Notes: generated from the sequence alone by a model not told the origin. Shown: positions 16,059 through 24,000, numbered from the stretch's first letter. The stretch is 24,363 bases of DNA from a virus (IMGVR_UViG_3300044878_000092:1-24363), one strand, 5' to 3'. Numbers and translations: made by a program.

Positions 16059-16240
16059 AGACACCCCGCGCAGTCTTCAAGAAGTCCGTCATAGTCCCGC
16101 TTCAGCCGGTCGCGCTCACTGGTCAGCGCCTCAGCCTTGCGATGGATGTAACGGGCGATTGTCTCGCCTGGGCGCATGTCGGCGGCTGGCGTGCCTCTGA
16201 GCACGGCTTCCCATTCATGAACGGTCAGTTGCTCGGTCAT
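16055..16240 (-). CDS. Hypothetical phage protein, 61 aa
   Basis: MTEQLTVHEW...; GAGG RBS; ATGA overlaps on both sides. Confidence 0.6.
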   Translation of the reverse strand: MTEQLTVHEWEAVLRGTPAADMRPGETIARYIHRKAEALTSERDRLKRDYDGLLEDCAGCL

Positions 16241-16494
16241 GGCGTCACCTCGGCCGGGGCCTTTTCGTAGAAGTGATCTTCCGGCGGCCCGTAGCATGCG
16301 GTCCTCAGGTATTCGCAGACTTTATTGGCGTCTTCTTCGGTCGGAGTTGTTCCAGCGGCGCGGGGAACATTTCCAGCTTTCCCGCCTTGGTATCCAATCC
16401 CGCCGAGAACGTTGTCTTCGCTTGGGATATCGGTCAGATACCATCGCTCACAGGGGTCGCCATTGCTCGCCGACTTGTAGATCACGTAGCTCAT
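16237..16494 (-). CDS. Hypothetical phage protein, 85 aa
   Basis: MSYVIYKSAS...; ATGA overlaps on both sides. Confidence 0.6.
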   Translation of the reverse strand: MSYVIYKSASNGDPCERWYLTDIPSEDNVLGGIGYQGGKAGNVPRAAGTTPTEEDANKVCEYLRTACYGPPEDHFYEKAPAEVTP

Positions 16495-16649
16495 GCCTTC
16501 ACACTCCAAACGCTGCCGTCTACCAGGTCACCGCGGCGAACAAACTTCGCCCCGCCCGTCAGGTGATGCAGGATCGCGAACTCTGCAGAAGTGCGAGCCA
16601 GCGCGTAGGTGCGCCCGGTCGGGCGGTGGGTGTAGGTTGTGGTTTCCAT
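16491..16649 (-). CDS. Hypothetical phage protein, 52 aa (not in the ORF track)
   Basis: METTTYTHRPTGRTYALARTSAEFAILHHLTGGAKFVRRGDLVDGSVWSVKA; GGAG RBS; stop overlaps the next ATG. Confidence 0.65.
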   Translation of the reverse strand: METTTYTHRPTGRTYALARTSAEFAILHHLTGGAKFVRRGDLVDGSVWSVKA

Positions 16650-16673
16650 GCTCAGTTCTCCATCTGAAGGCCG

Positions 16674-17174
16674 CTATTTAAGGTCGAGAAGCATCTGTGT
16701 CTTTTTGTTGGCGTCGATGATCGCTTCGATATGCTGATCTTTGATCTTTTTCCAGCTTGCGAGCGCCTTCCCGTGATGGCTGGCCTTTTCCTTGTCGCTT
16801 TCCATCGCTGATACCGCCTCAGCAAGAGCATCCATAGCGCTACGGCTTTTTCTCTGGAGAAGGTCGGCCATGTAATCGAAAGCCGCGATGTACTTCAGCT
16901 TCCACGACAGTGCACGCTTTCCGGTGAAGCCCATGGCCAGCAACGAGAATCCTTTTTCATCCATCAGGTACTCCCGGTACTCGCGATTCATCTCGTTGAT
17001 GAAATTGCTTTCGGCGAAGTATTCACTCCCCAAATTTGGGGACTGCTCGTTTACGTCGCGGATTAGGCGCTCGATATCACGCATTACGTGGTCGTGACGC
17101 TTGCCGAAGTGCTTCGCGATATCGATAGACCGAACGCGTGCCGATTTGCCGTGTTGCGAGATTTCAACTTCCAT
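16674..17174 (-). CDS. Rha family phage regulatory protein
   Basis: S.DIAKHFGKRHDHVMRDIE, Y.M...GFSLLAMGFTGKRAL.WKLKYI.AF are Phage_pRha motifs. Confidence 0.9.
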   Translation of the reverse strand: MEVEISQHGKSARVRSIDIAKHFGKRHDHVMRDIERLIRDVNEQSPNLGSEYFAESNFINEMNREYREYLMDEKGFSLLAMGFTGKRALSWKLKYIAAFDYMADLLQRKSRSAMDALAEAVSAMESDKEKASHHGKALASWKKIKDQHIEAIIDANKKTQMLLDLK

Positions 17175-17198
17175 AGGTCCGCCCGTCAGTTGTCAGTT

Positions 17199-17242
17199 CG
17201 TGTATTGATTCTAGTCCCCCTGAAGGGACCGCACAATACACG
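17199..17242 (-). promoter_or_regulatory. Promoter for the Rha gene nested in inverted repeats
   Basis: Minus strand TTGTGC(17236-17231)-17 bp-TAGAAT(17213-17208); inner dyad GTCCC/GGGAC in the spacer and outer dyad CGTGTATTG/CAATACACG. Confidence 0.65.
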
Positions 17243-17260
17243 GATCGTCAATTGATCGAT

Positions 17261-17617
17261 TTAATTACCGTGCGGCAGGCGGCTTGGCTCGATTACTTCG
17301 CACTCACCGTCATCACTGTGAGTACGCAAAGCCTCGCGACGGGACTTATTGTCGAATTCTTCGCGCCACGTTTTGGTAACTTCAAAACCGTGGCGCGGTG
17401 GCGTCAGAAACTCGATCAATTCGGCGTCAGTCATGGCGTCCATCTTGAGGATGGCCAGCTGCATGACTTCGCTGATTTCTTCGGTGCCTGATCGCTCCCG
17501 GATGCGGTCCATCGCCTGATGGATGCCGACCCTGACCCGGTGACGCAGCTCTTTCTCGTCGTACTGCTCGCGCTTCTTCGCGGCCTTCGCTGACCGCTCC
17601 TGCGTACTCTTCGCCAT
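17261..17617 (-). CDS. Hypothetical phage protein, 118 aa
   Basis: MAKSTQERSAKAAKKR...ELRHRVR.GI.QAM; AGGGA RBS; type seen in Pseudomonas prophage early regions. Confidence 0.7.
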   Translation of the reverse strand: MAKSTQERSAKAAKKREQYDEKELRHRVRVGIHQAMDRIRERSGTEEISEVMQLAILKMDAMTDAELIEFLTPPRHGFEVTKTWREEFDNKSRREALRTHSDDGECEVIEPSRLPHGN

Positions 17618-17628
17618 ATCCCTATCCC

Positions 17629-17832
17629 TTATCCTGCAAAGCGCGTGCGGTATTGCACGATGTCGCGGACTGTCGAGGCTCCGCACCCGTAGATCTCGGC
17701 AAGAAAGCCGTAGCCCTTGCCGCCGGTTTCGTAGATGGCCCGCATTTCGGCAACCTGTTCGCTGGTCAGATTCGACCGGTGATGCGATGCGCCGGCTCTG
17801 TGCCCGCTGGGCGCCCTGGTTATCCGGCTCAT
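17629..17832 (-). CDS. Small HTH DNA-binding protein, 67 aa
   Basis: GASHHRSNLTSEQVAEMR...LAEIYGCGASTVRDIV resembles the C-terminal HTH of phage HNH proteins; ATGA-coupled. Confidence 0.6.
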   Translation of the reverse strand: MSRITRAPSGHRAGASHHRSNLTSEQVAEMRAIYETGGKGYGFLAEIYGCGASTVRDIVQYRTRFAG

Positions 17833-18050
17833 AATTCGTCGTCCCGGCAGATAGCCTCTGCCCACTTGATCGGAGACGAACAGCGGATAACCTTGTTGAT
17901 GTGCGGTCGGCAGGCGATGCGGACCTTATCGCGCACTGAGTAGGCTGAAGCCTTGATGGCCGCGTCGGTCCCGTGAATCCGGTAGGCGAGCAGCAGGATC
18001 AGGATCGCGTCCATCATCGTTAACTGGTGGCTGGTATTTGGCATGGTCAT
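17829..18050 (-). CDS. Hypothetical phage protein
   Basis: ORF whose stop overlaps the next start; exact start uncertain. Confidence 0.5.
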   Translation of the reverse strand: MTMPNTSHQLTMMDAILILLLAYRIHGTDAAIKASAYSVRDKVRIACRPHINKVIRCSSPIKWAEAICRDDEL

Positions 18051-18120
18051 GAGGGATACCACTGGCAGGTAGTTCGTGTTGTGATTGGCGCGCCCGCAGG
18101 CGCGCCCTGGTTCGGATCAT
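17926..18120 (-). CDS. Possible short Arg-rich protein
   Basis: ATGA-coupled to the upstream stop (MIRTRARLRARQSQHELPASG); its 3' part overlaps the next gene in another frame. Confidence 0.35.
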   Translation of the reverse strand: MIRTRARLRARQSQHELPASGIPHDHAKYQPPVNDDGRDPDPAARLPDSRDRRGHQGFSLLSAR

Positions 18121-18608
18121 TCGCACTGCGACGGTCCCGGGAAGGCGATGCGGTAGGTGTTAACCAACCGGTCCATCTTGTGCCACCCGATGCCGACCTG
18201 CTTTTGGCACTGCTTCTTCGTGAGGCCAGTCTTTGCGAGCGCCTTGATCCGATCGACCAGAACCTTGTCCTCGATCGGGTTTGCCTGCCTGCTGCCAGGG
18301 CTGGTCCCGGCACCATTGCGCAGCTGAATTCCTGAAAGCTTGCAGACCTTCGTTATCCGGTCCTGAGAAATGCCCATGCGCTTGGCCATTTCCGTTTTGG
18401 TCATCGTCGCGCTCAGCGTTCGGATTTGATCGGCCATCTGTCGTAGCTCGATCTCTTCCTGCGTCAGCCGAGGCTCGATGCGCGGGGGTAGCGGTTTGAA
18501 TTCAAAGGTTTGCAGCACGTCGATCTTTCCGCCCGAGCGTAGGAACGCTTCTTGTGCAGCGGCCAGTGTCGATCGGTCCATCACTCGTAGGTCGTTGTAT
18601 TGGTTCAT
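18117..18608 (-). CDS. Hypothetical protein with tandem HTH-like segments
   Basis: 163 aa; AF LRSGGKI N-terminal motif; MTKTEMAKRMGISQDRI and LTKKQCQKQVGIGWHKM HTH-like repeats. Confidence 0.7.
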   Translation of the reverse strand: MNQYNDLRVMDRSTLAAAQEAFLRSGGKIDVLQTFEFKPLPPRIEPRLTQEEIELRQMADQIRTLSATMTKTEMAKRMGISQDRITKVCKLSGIQLRNGAGTSPGSRQANPIEDKVLVDRIKALAKTGLTKKQCQKQVGIGWHKMDRLVNTYRIAFPGPSQCE

Positions 18609-18617
18609 GTTTCACCC

Positions 18618-18646
18618 AAAGAAAAGGGCGCTCAGTGGCGCCCTTT
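18618..18646 (-). terminator. Intrinsic terminator after the exonuclease gene
   Basis: Minus strand AAAGGGCGC-CACTGA-GCGCCCTTT then TCTTT. Confidence 0.7.
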
Positions 18647-18676
18647 GGTCGGTTACTTGGTCGGTTATTTGGTCAG
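18645..18676 (+). repeat. 12-bp tandem repeat (about 2.6 copies) spanning the exonuclease stop
   Basis: TTGGTCGGTTAC TTGGTCGGTTAT TTGGTCAG. Confidence 0.7.
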
Positions 18677-19336
18677 CGCCTTGCGTAGGTACGGATCAAC
18701 GTCTGGCTGGCCGAGCAGCCAGGATTTGTAACTGGCCGGAATGTCTTCGATTTTCGATCCGGCGTGCTTGCCGAACCGGATCACGGTTGGAATGCGCGCC
18801 TCTTCGGAGATCATCCAGAGGTCTTCGAAGCTGAAAACCGCTGAGCCGTTGCGGGCGGCCAGTTCCTCAAGGATCTTGACCAGAAGCCGGCGGCAGTTGT
18901 GCACGTCGTCAAGCGCCGCGTGAGCGTTCTGCAAGAGCCCGCGCGCATACTCCCGATAGTGCAGGTAGATCATCGCCGACTGGCTGTGCGAGTCAGCATC
19001 CGGCCAGAGCGCACGGCTCAGCGCCTGGGTGCAGATCCGCTTAACGTCCGGCTGGCCGATCACGCCCCAGTCATAGTCGACGTTGTGGCCGATGATGTAG
19101 GTGGTGCCTTCAGGTAGCGCGAAGTCGGTGTGCGGCGGGCAGTCGACCAGTTCTTCGTCGTAGATGTGGCTGGTGGCCAGCGCGCCCAGCTCGATCGGCT
19201 TCGACGGCTTGTAGCGCTGCAGGAATTCTTCGGTGACTTCCAGGGTCTGGATGTCGGCGAGTTTGAGATAGGCGCCTTCGACCATTTGCGGGTCTTTCAG
19301 GCCGGTAGTCTCGGAATCGAAAATAATTGCTGTCAT
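18665..19336 (-). CDS. DEDDh 3'-5' exonuclease (exodeoxyribonuclease X-like)
   Basis: IFDSETTG (ExoI), GHNVDYD (ExoII), AHAALDDV (ExoIII), C-terminal FGKHAG..I.DIP.SY..WL. Confidence 0.88.
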   Translation of the reverse strand: MTAIIFDSETTGLKDPQMVEGAYLKLADIQTLEVTEEFLQRYKPSKPIELGALATSHIYDEELVDCPPHTDFALPEGTTYIIGHNVDYDWGVIGQPDVKRICTQALSRALWPDADSHSQSAMIYLHYREYARGLLQNAHAALDDVHNCRRLLVKILEELAARNGSAVFSFEDLWMISEEARIPTVIRFGKHAGSKIEDIPASYKSWLLGQPDVDPYLRKALTK

Positions 19337-19415
19337 GTGTTACCCCTGTATAGCTGCTGGTTTACCGATGCCTGGATGTCGGCATCGGCTTGATTTCAGG
19401 CCGGATCGGTTCGAA

Positions 19416-19871
19416 TCAGAACGGGATATCCGGATCATATTGCGAGTCATCAGGCTGATGCGCCGGTTGCTGAGCCCTTTGCTGCGATTGCTGGCGTGGC
19501 GCCGATTGCTGCTGATCACCGTCTTGAGGTTTTCCGCCGAGAAGCTGCATGGTGCCCTGCATGTCCACGATGATTTCCGTGGTGTAACGCTTGACTCCGT
19601 CTTTTTCCCACTCGCGGGTCTGCAGCTTGCCTTCGATGTACACCTGCGAACCTTTACGCAGGTACTCCCCGGCGATCTCGGCGACCTTGCCGAACAGTGA
19701 CACGCGGTGCCATTCCGTCTTCTCGACCTTCTGCCCGGATTGCTTGTCGGTCCATTGCTCGCTGGTGGCCAAGCTCAGGTTGGTTACTGCGTTGCCGTTG
19801 GGCATGTAACGAACATCCGGGTCTTGCCCGCATGTGCCCACAAGGATGACTTTGTTAACTCCGCGTGCCAT
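19416..19871 (-). CDS. ssb: Single-stranded DNA-binding protein
   Basis: [12 protein letters not shown]...TEWHRV...[17 protein letters not shown]; acidic DPDIPF tail. Confidence 0.97.
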   Translation of the reverse strand: MARGVNKVILVGTCGQDPDVRYMPNGNAVTNLSLATSEQWTDKQSGQKVEKTEWHRVSLFGKVAEIAGEYLRKGSQVYIEGKLQTREWEKDGVKRYTTEIIVDMQGTMQLLGGKPQDGDQQQSAPRQQSQQRAQQPAHQPDDSQYDPDIPF

Positions 19872-19920
19872 GTTTCTCTACCTCGATTGGATGCCCCGGC
19901 GTCTGCCAGGGCTTGAATGG

Positions 19921-20778
19921 TTATGCCGCCTGAGAAAGCTCAGCCTTGCGTTGATCCTTCGCTTCGTTGAGCTGGGCCAGCATCGCCGGATCGGTCTGCG
20001 CTGCCCGATAAGCCACGGAGTACAGCGACTGCAGCTCCTGCATCGTTTCAGCCACCGGGATCTTCGAAATCGCATCCTCGACAACGGATCGGTCGACTTC
20101 CGCCTGCTTCTTGCCATCGTTCAACCAGGCGATAAGCCGGCGGCCTGTGTCCGCGCTGATCACCTCCGGCTGCTCGAAGAGCCTGGTCCGATCCTTGGTG
20201 GCGATCGCCACGTTTCCGTCATGGACCAGGTCCAGAACGACGGTGAACTCGTAGTCGCTGCCCTCTCGCTGCTCCGACTTCATGCCGAGCTTGATGATCT
20301 TTTTCCCTTCGCCCTGCACTGTTTCCGTCTTGCTGCGCATGGTGCAGATGATGTGCAGGGGGCTGGTCAGAATGGTGTCGACCAGCTTGCGGTGGCGCGG
20401 CGTGGTTTCGTTCCAGGCCGACCAGGTGTTGCCCTTGTACTTTTGCTTGGCGATCGAATCGTTGATCTCTAGGCAGCCACCGGCACCGATCCACTCATGC
20501 GAGTAGCTGTCGATGATCAGCACCGAATAACCGCTCGCCTCGGCGGACTTGATCGCCTCGATGTAGCGCTCGGGCGAGTACGGTGCGCTCAGGCTCGTAA
20601 CGTCGAACTCGGCGTCCTCGGCATACAGCGATGCGCTGTCGTGCTCGGTGTCGATTACTGCGATGCGTCCGCCAAGGCCGGTGGCCAAGAGCAGAGCGGA
20701 AAGGGTCTTGCCTGATCCAGAAGGGCCAGAAAGAGCGAGCCGTAGCCTCGCTTGCTTACGTTCGGCTTTCTTGAACAT
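19921..20778 (-). CDS. AAA-family ATPase of the phage recombination module (AAA_24 / Sak4-like)
   Basis: GAGG RBS, start MFKKAERKQ; Walker A GPSGSGKT, Walker B IIDSYSHEW; adjacent to ssb. Confidence 0.82.
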   Translation of the reverse strand: MFKKAERKQARLRLALSGPSGSGKTLSALLLATGLGGRIAVIDTEHDSASLYAEDAEFDVTSLSAPYSPERYIEAIKSAEASGYSVLIIDSYSHEWIGAGGCLEINDSIAKQKYKGNTWSAWNETTPRHRKLVDTILTSPLHIICTMRSKTETVQGEGKKIIKLGMKSEQREGSDYEFTVVLDLVHDGNVAIATKDRTRLFEQPEVISADTGRRLIAWLNDGKKQAEVDRSVVEDAISKIPVAETMQELQSLYSVAYRAAQTDPAMLAQLNEAKDQRKAELSQAA

Positions 20779-20792
20779 GGTGTTTTCCTCGG

Positions 20793-20936
20793 TTAAATCG
20801 GTTGGTTGTCCCACTGACGTTCAATCTTGAGCGCCTCGTCTTCGTACTCTTTGCGTTCATCGCCCTGGAACTGCTCAGGGTCGAACGCGCCTACCGTCAT
20901 CCAGTCGAGCTGGGCGGTCAGTCGTGGTGTGCTCAT
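20793..20936 (-). CDS. Small acidic hypothetical protein, 47 aa (not in the ORF track)
   Basis: MSTPRLTAQLDWMTVGAFDPEQFQGDERKEYEDEALKIERQWDNQPI; GAGG RBS. Confidence 0.65.
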   Translation of the reverse strand: MSTPRLTAQLDWMTVGAFDPEQFQGDERKEYEDEALKIERQWDNQPI

Positions 20937-20943
20937 ACGAGCC

Positions 20944-22005
20944 TCAGAAGCTGATGGAAATGTTCGGCACTTCGCCGCGGTAAATTTTCAGAACGAGAGC
21001 CTTTGCCAGTTCTTCGGTGACGTTCATCGACATGATCGCCAGCTTCGCTTCGCCCATGATTTTCGACTTGTGCGCCTTGTCGGCCTCGCGCTCTTGCTGC
21101 TGGCGGATGATCTCGGCCGCGGCATCGTCTGCCCGCTTCTGCTCATCCAGGCGTGCTTTCTCGACTGCCTGCTCTTGCCGGACTGCTGCCTCTTTGCGCT
21201 CACGCTCGGCGCGCTGGTCGGCTTCTTCCTTTTCGCGCTTTGCCTGCTCGGCCTTGCGTTCAGACTCGGCCGCAGCCAGCTTCAGGTCGTTCTCGCGCTT
21301 GGCTGCTTCGTCCCGCTCACGCTGCGCCTTCTGATCCGCCTCGATGCGCGCCTTCTCGGCCGCCTCATTGGCGATTCGTTGCTCGCGCTCTTTCTGCTCG
21401 CGGGCGTCAGCCTCGGCTCGCAGCCTGACCAGTTCGGCCTGTTCCGCCTCGTACTGCTCTTGGTCGGCCAATGCCTTGCGCAGGATCACCAGAGAGGCAG
21501 CCTTTGCCCGGTGTGCGTCGGCCTCGAACTCTTCCAGCTCCTGGTTGATCTCCAGGCTGTCCAGGTCTTGAACCTTGGCGCCGATCAGTGCAGCGCTCAT
21601 GCCAGCGGTGTCGGTGTTTTCGATGTGCGCGATCACGGCCTTGTGCGCAGCGACCCGGGCAGCCTCTTTTTCCTCCCACTCATTCAGCGGGCGACGGACC
21701 TGATCCTGAAGCGCTTCCAAGGTTTCGCGCACCCGCTTGCGCTCGGCGTCGATCAGCTTCGGGACTTCCTTCAGCTCGGCCACCAGCTTCTTGCCGGCGT
21801 CGTCCAAGGCCACTTTCGACTTCGCGACCTTGTGGGCAATCGAGGCGATGGCCGCGCGACCCTTGGCGGTGCTGGTGTCTGGAACGAATGCCAGAACCTC
21901 GTCGCGGATCTTTTGCAGCCACGGCTCCAGGCCGTTCGGTGCGCTGTACACGGCCAGCGCGGTTTCCTTTGGTGGCACGGTGGCCAGTTCAGTCGTTGCG
22001 TTCAT
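20944..22005 (-). CDS. Long coiled-coil phage protein (often annotated TolA-like)
   Basis: AAGGGG RBS before MNATTELATVPPKETALAVY; PDTSTAKGRAAIASIAHKVAKSK motif; E/A/K/R-rich coiled-coil. The frame stays open upstream to 22281. Confidence 0.75.
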   Translation of the reverse strand: MNATTELATVPPKETALAVYSAPNGLEPWLQKIRDEVLAFVPDTSTAKGRAAIASIAHKVAKSKVALDDAGKKLVAELKEVPKLIDAERKRVRETLEALQDQVRRPLNEWEEKEAARVAAHKAVIAHIENTDTAGMSAALIGAKVQDLDSLEINQELEEFEADAHRAKAASLVILRKALADQEQYEAEQAELVRLRAEADAREQKEREQRIANEAAEKARIEADQKAQRERDEAAKRENDLKLAAAESERKAEQAKREKEEADQRAERERKEAAVRQEQAVEKARLDEQKRADDAAAEIIRQQQEREADKAHKSKIMGEAKLAIMSMNVTEELAKALVLKIYRGEVPNISISF

Positions 22006-22281
22006 GTTCACCCCTTGTACGTCGATGGTCCCGTGCAAGGGACTTTGAGAAATGTTGTCATTCAGGCCGAAGAAGTCGCCGATCTGTTCGACCGCCGCAT
22101 TGATCCGCACCTGGGCGGCCTTGCGTTCGGCCAGTCGGATCGATTCCCGCTCAGCGCTGCGGGCGGCGCTCGCCTCGTAGTCGTGGAAGAAGTCAGCCGA
22201 AGCCTGCTTGGGTCTGCCCCATGCGTCATACCGTCGATCCCATTCCCGGGCCTGGGCGCTGTCTGCGTAGCTTGTTGACAT
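22006..22281 (-). CDS. Upstream small-protein module (MSTSYADSAQAREWDRRY...) fused in frame to the coiled-coil gene
   Basis: Strong GGGAGG RBS before ATG 22281; no stop before 22005. Confidence 0.6.
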
Positions 22282-22310
22282 GGTTGCCTCCCAAGGTTGG
22301 GCGGGTTGAT

Positions 22311-22487
22311 TTATTCGGTTGTAAATTCTTCGCCGCAGGAGTTGCACTTGTATCGGCAAAGGTCTTGGTCGTCTGGCTTGTGGAACACGTTGCACCCGCA
22401 AGCACATCGGAACCCTTTGCCGGCGACACTCAGCAAGAACTGATGCAGCTTCCCATCCGGCATAAGCACGGGCTGGCGATCACTCAT
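22311..22487 (-). CDS. Small Cys-rich zinc-ribbon-like protein, 58 aa (not in the ORF track)
   Basis: MSDRQPVLMPDGKLHQFLLSVAGKGFRCACGCNVFHKPDDQDLCRYKCNSCGEEFTTE; AAGGAG RBS. Confidence 0.72.
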   Translation of the reverse strand: MSDRQPVLMPDGKLHQFLLSVAGKGFRCACGCNVFHKPDDQDLCRYKCNSCGEEFTTE

Positions 22488-22500
22488 TTCAAACTCCTTC

Positions 22501-22632
22501 TCAGGCGATGTACCCGCCCGGCATGGTGGTTACGACGCGCTTGGCCACAAGGTCGTGCATTCGGCCCTTGGCGCAGTCGTGCAGATCAGGCCGTGATTGC
22601 TTGCGTACTGTCTTGCGTGGGTTTGCGTTCAT
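22501..22632 (-). CDS. Small basic hypothetical protein, 43 aa (not in the ORF track)
   Basis: MNANPRKTVRKQSRPDLHDCAKGRMHDLVAKRVVTTMPGGYIA; GAGGA RBS and ATGA overlap. Confidence 0.6.
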   Translation of the reverse strand: MNANPRKTVRKQSRPDLHDCAKGRMHDLVAKRVVTTMPGGYIA

Positions 22633-23018
22633 GGCTCAGTCCTCAGTAACTGGTCACCGATGATGCGCAGGCGGTTGCGGATGCGGGCGCCTTGGGCGTT
22701 GATCTCTTTGCGCTCATCCATCAGGCGGGCTGCTTGGCGGATCGGCGCGTCGTCTTCCGGCTCGTAGTCGGCGTCTCGATTGCCGAGCACGGTGTCGACC
22801 GTGTACAGCCAGCCATGCCAGAGCACGACCATTCCCGGGTTGCCGGCTTCGCGCTCGTCGTCGATGTATTCCTGCCGGATCGACTTGAGGTCGAATTCCT
22901 CGTCAGGATGTGCGGCGTGCAGGTCACGGAATGCCTGGCTGTTATCGCGCAGCGCTTTCCGGTGCCGGGCGTATGCCTTGGCCAGCTCGACGAGCTTTGC
23001 CTCTGCTGTCTGCGTCAT
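22629..23018 (-). CDS. Hypothetical phage protein, 129 aa
   Basis: ATGA overlaps on both sides. Confidence 0.7.
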   Translation of the reverse strand: MTQTAEAKLVELAKAYARHRKALRDNSQAFRDLHAAHPDEEFDLKSIRQEYIDDEREAGNPGMVVLWHGWLYTVDTVLGNRDADYEPEDDAPIRQAARLMDERKEINAQGARIRNRLRIIGDQLLRTEP

Positions 23019-23185
23019 GGTCGTGCTCTCACGGCGATTCGACCGGTCTTGATGGCAGCCACAAGCTGCGGCGGCAGGGCGGTTACTGGAATCTCGCGGG
23101 GCAAGCCGGCTCCGATTACAGCAAGGCTTCGCTCGATCTCATCAAGCTGCTCATCGATCAGTGATTTAACTGGTGCGGTGCTCAT
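23015..23185 (-). CDS. Hypothetical phage protein, 56 aa
   Basis: MSTAPVKSLIDEQLDEIE; GAGGA RBS; ATGA overlaps. Confidence 0.65.
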   Translation of the reverse strand: MSTAPVKSLIDEQLDEIERSLAVIGAGLPREIPVTALPPQLVAAIKTGRIAVRARP

Positions 23186-23424
23186 GCGTGCATCCTCTCG
23201 GTGGCGCTGCAAAGGCGGGAGACGCGAGCGCTTCGGGCCGCCGTGAGACTGCTGATCATCTGGCCTGACTCTTCATGGCCGATGTCCCCGGTAAAAAGCG
23301 CGTAGGAGACCATGCCTGTCAGGTAATTCAGTTCCGACTCGCTGCCAACCAGGTCGCCGGCGGGCATGGCGTGGATCTTTTTCAATCGTTCATCGAAAAC
23401 CGCTCTCGCTGTGGAGTTGAACAT
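23182..23424 (-). CDS. Hypothetical phage protein, 80 aa
   Basis: GAGGG RBS; stop overlaps the next start. Confidence 0.6.
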   Translation of the reverse strand: MFNSTARAVFDERLKKIHAMPAGDLVGSESELNYLTGMVSYALFTGDIGHEESGQMISSLTAARSARVSRLCSATERMHA

Positions 23425-23469
23425 TTAAGTAACCCTCGGTGACGTGGAAGAGACCGCTAATTTCGTGCT

Positions 23470-23664
23470 TTAAAGGCGGCTGTGATGGCGGAAGGTGCGA
23501 GCCGAGCCGCTGCCGTGCATGCGCTGCTGGGATTGGCGATACGTCCTGGTGCCCGGATATACAGCCGAGTCGCCCATCGCCTTGGTGACGAACAGGCCGC
23601 GAAGGCTCAGTGCGTCAATTTCAATTTCGTCGCCCAAGAGGGCTACACCTGTTTCATTTTTCAT
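23470..23664 (-). CDS. First gene of the leftward early operon, hypothetical 64 aa
   Basis: MKNETGVALLG...; AGGGG/AGGA upstream; basic C-terminus. Confidence 0.5.
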   Translation of the reverse strand: MKNETGVALLGDEIEIDALSLRGLFVTKAMGDSAVYPGTRTYRQSQQRMHGSGSARTFRHHSRL

Positions 23665-23696
23665 GTTCCTGTACCCCTGCTTGCGTTGGTTGGTTG

Positions 23697-23738
23697 ATTT
23701 CCCAATGCACCCGGGCAACCAGGTGCATCAGTGAAATG
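23697..23738 (-). other. Stem-loop in the pL leader (possible RNase III site)
   Basis: ATTTC..ATGCACC...GGTGCAT....GAAAT imperfect dyad. Confidence 0.45.
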
Positions 23739-23807
23739 TTCCGTGCTTCCGGCAAACCTTGCGCGCCGATCTCTCGAACGCGGAAGCAGGCCGTGTTGCG
23801 TACTGTT

Positions 23808-23852
23808 CCCAGGATCTCGTCCTGGGTCTGTCTTCAGCGATGTTAAAGAGCG
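23808..23852 (-). promoter_or_regulatory. nutL-like antitermination site: boxA plus downstream hairpin
   Basis: Minus strand CGCTCTTTAACA (23852-23841) is a consensus boxA, followed by CCCAGGA-CGAGA-TCCTGGG. Confidence 0.7.
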
Positions 23853-23904
23853 AGTCGTTATGGTCTCTTGCAAGGGAGCTGCGAGGGACCGCTTCGATGG
23901 GTTA

Positions 23905-23933
23905 AAGGTAACTCTAGGTTGCGAGCCTGTAAA
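23905..23933 (-). promoter_or_regulatory. pL-like promoter with operator (23907-23923)
   Basis: Minus strand TTTACA-17 bp-TACCTT; operator CGCAACCTAGAGTTACC overlaps spacer and -10. Confidence 0.7.
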
Positions 23934-23947
23934 GTACTTTCGATGAA

Positions 23948-23964
23948 ATAATTTTTAGGTTGCG
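23948..23964 (-). promoter_or_regulatory. Second, degenerate operator copy
   Basis: Minus strand CGCAACCTAAAAATTAT shares the CGCAACCTA half with the pL operator. Confidence 0.5.
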
Positions 23965-24000
23965 GGAGACCGCAAAGGGACTAGACTTGACGAAATACCG

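Noticed and set aside
20827-22278. 483-aa plus-strand ORF
   Set aside because: Antisense shadow of the E/K/A-rich coiled-coil gene; Leu/Phe-rich low-information sequence running against the operon direction.
23925-23945. Possible LexA/SOS box replacing cI control at pL
   Set aside because: CTGTAAAGTACTTTCG lacks the ACAG right half of CTGT-N8-ACAG; only a short AAAGTACTTT palindrome is present.
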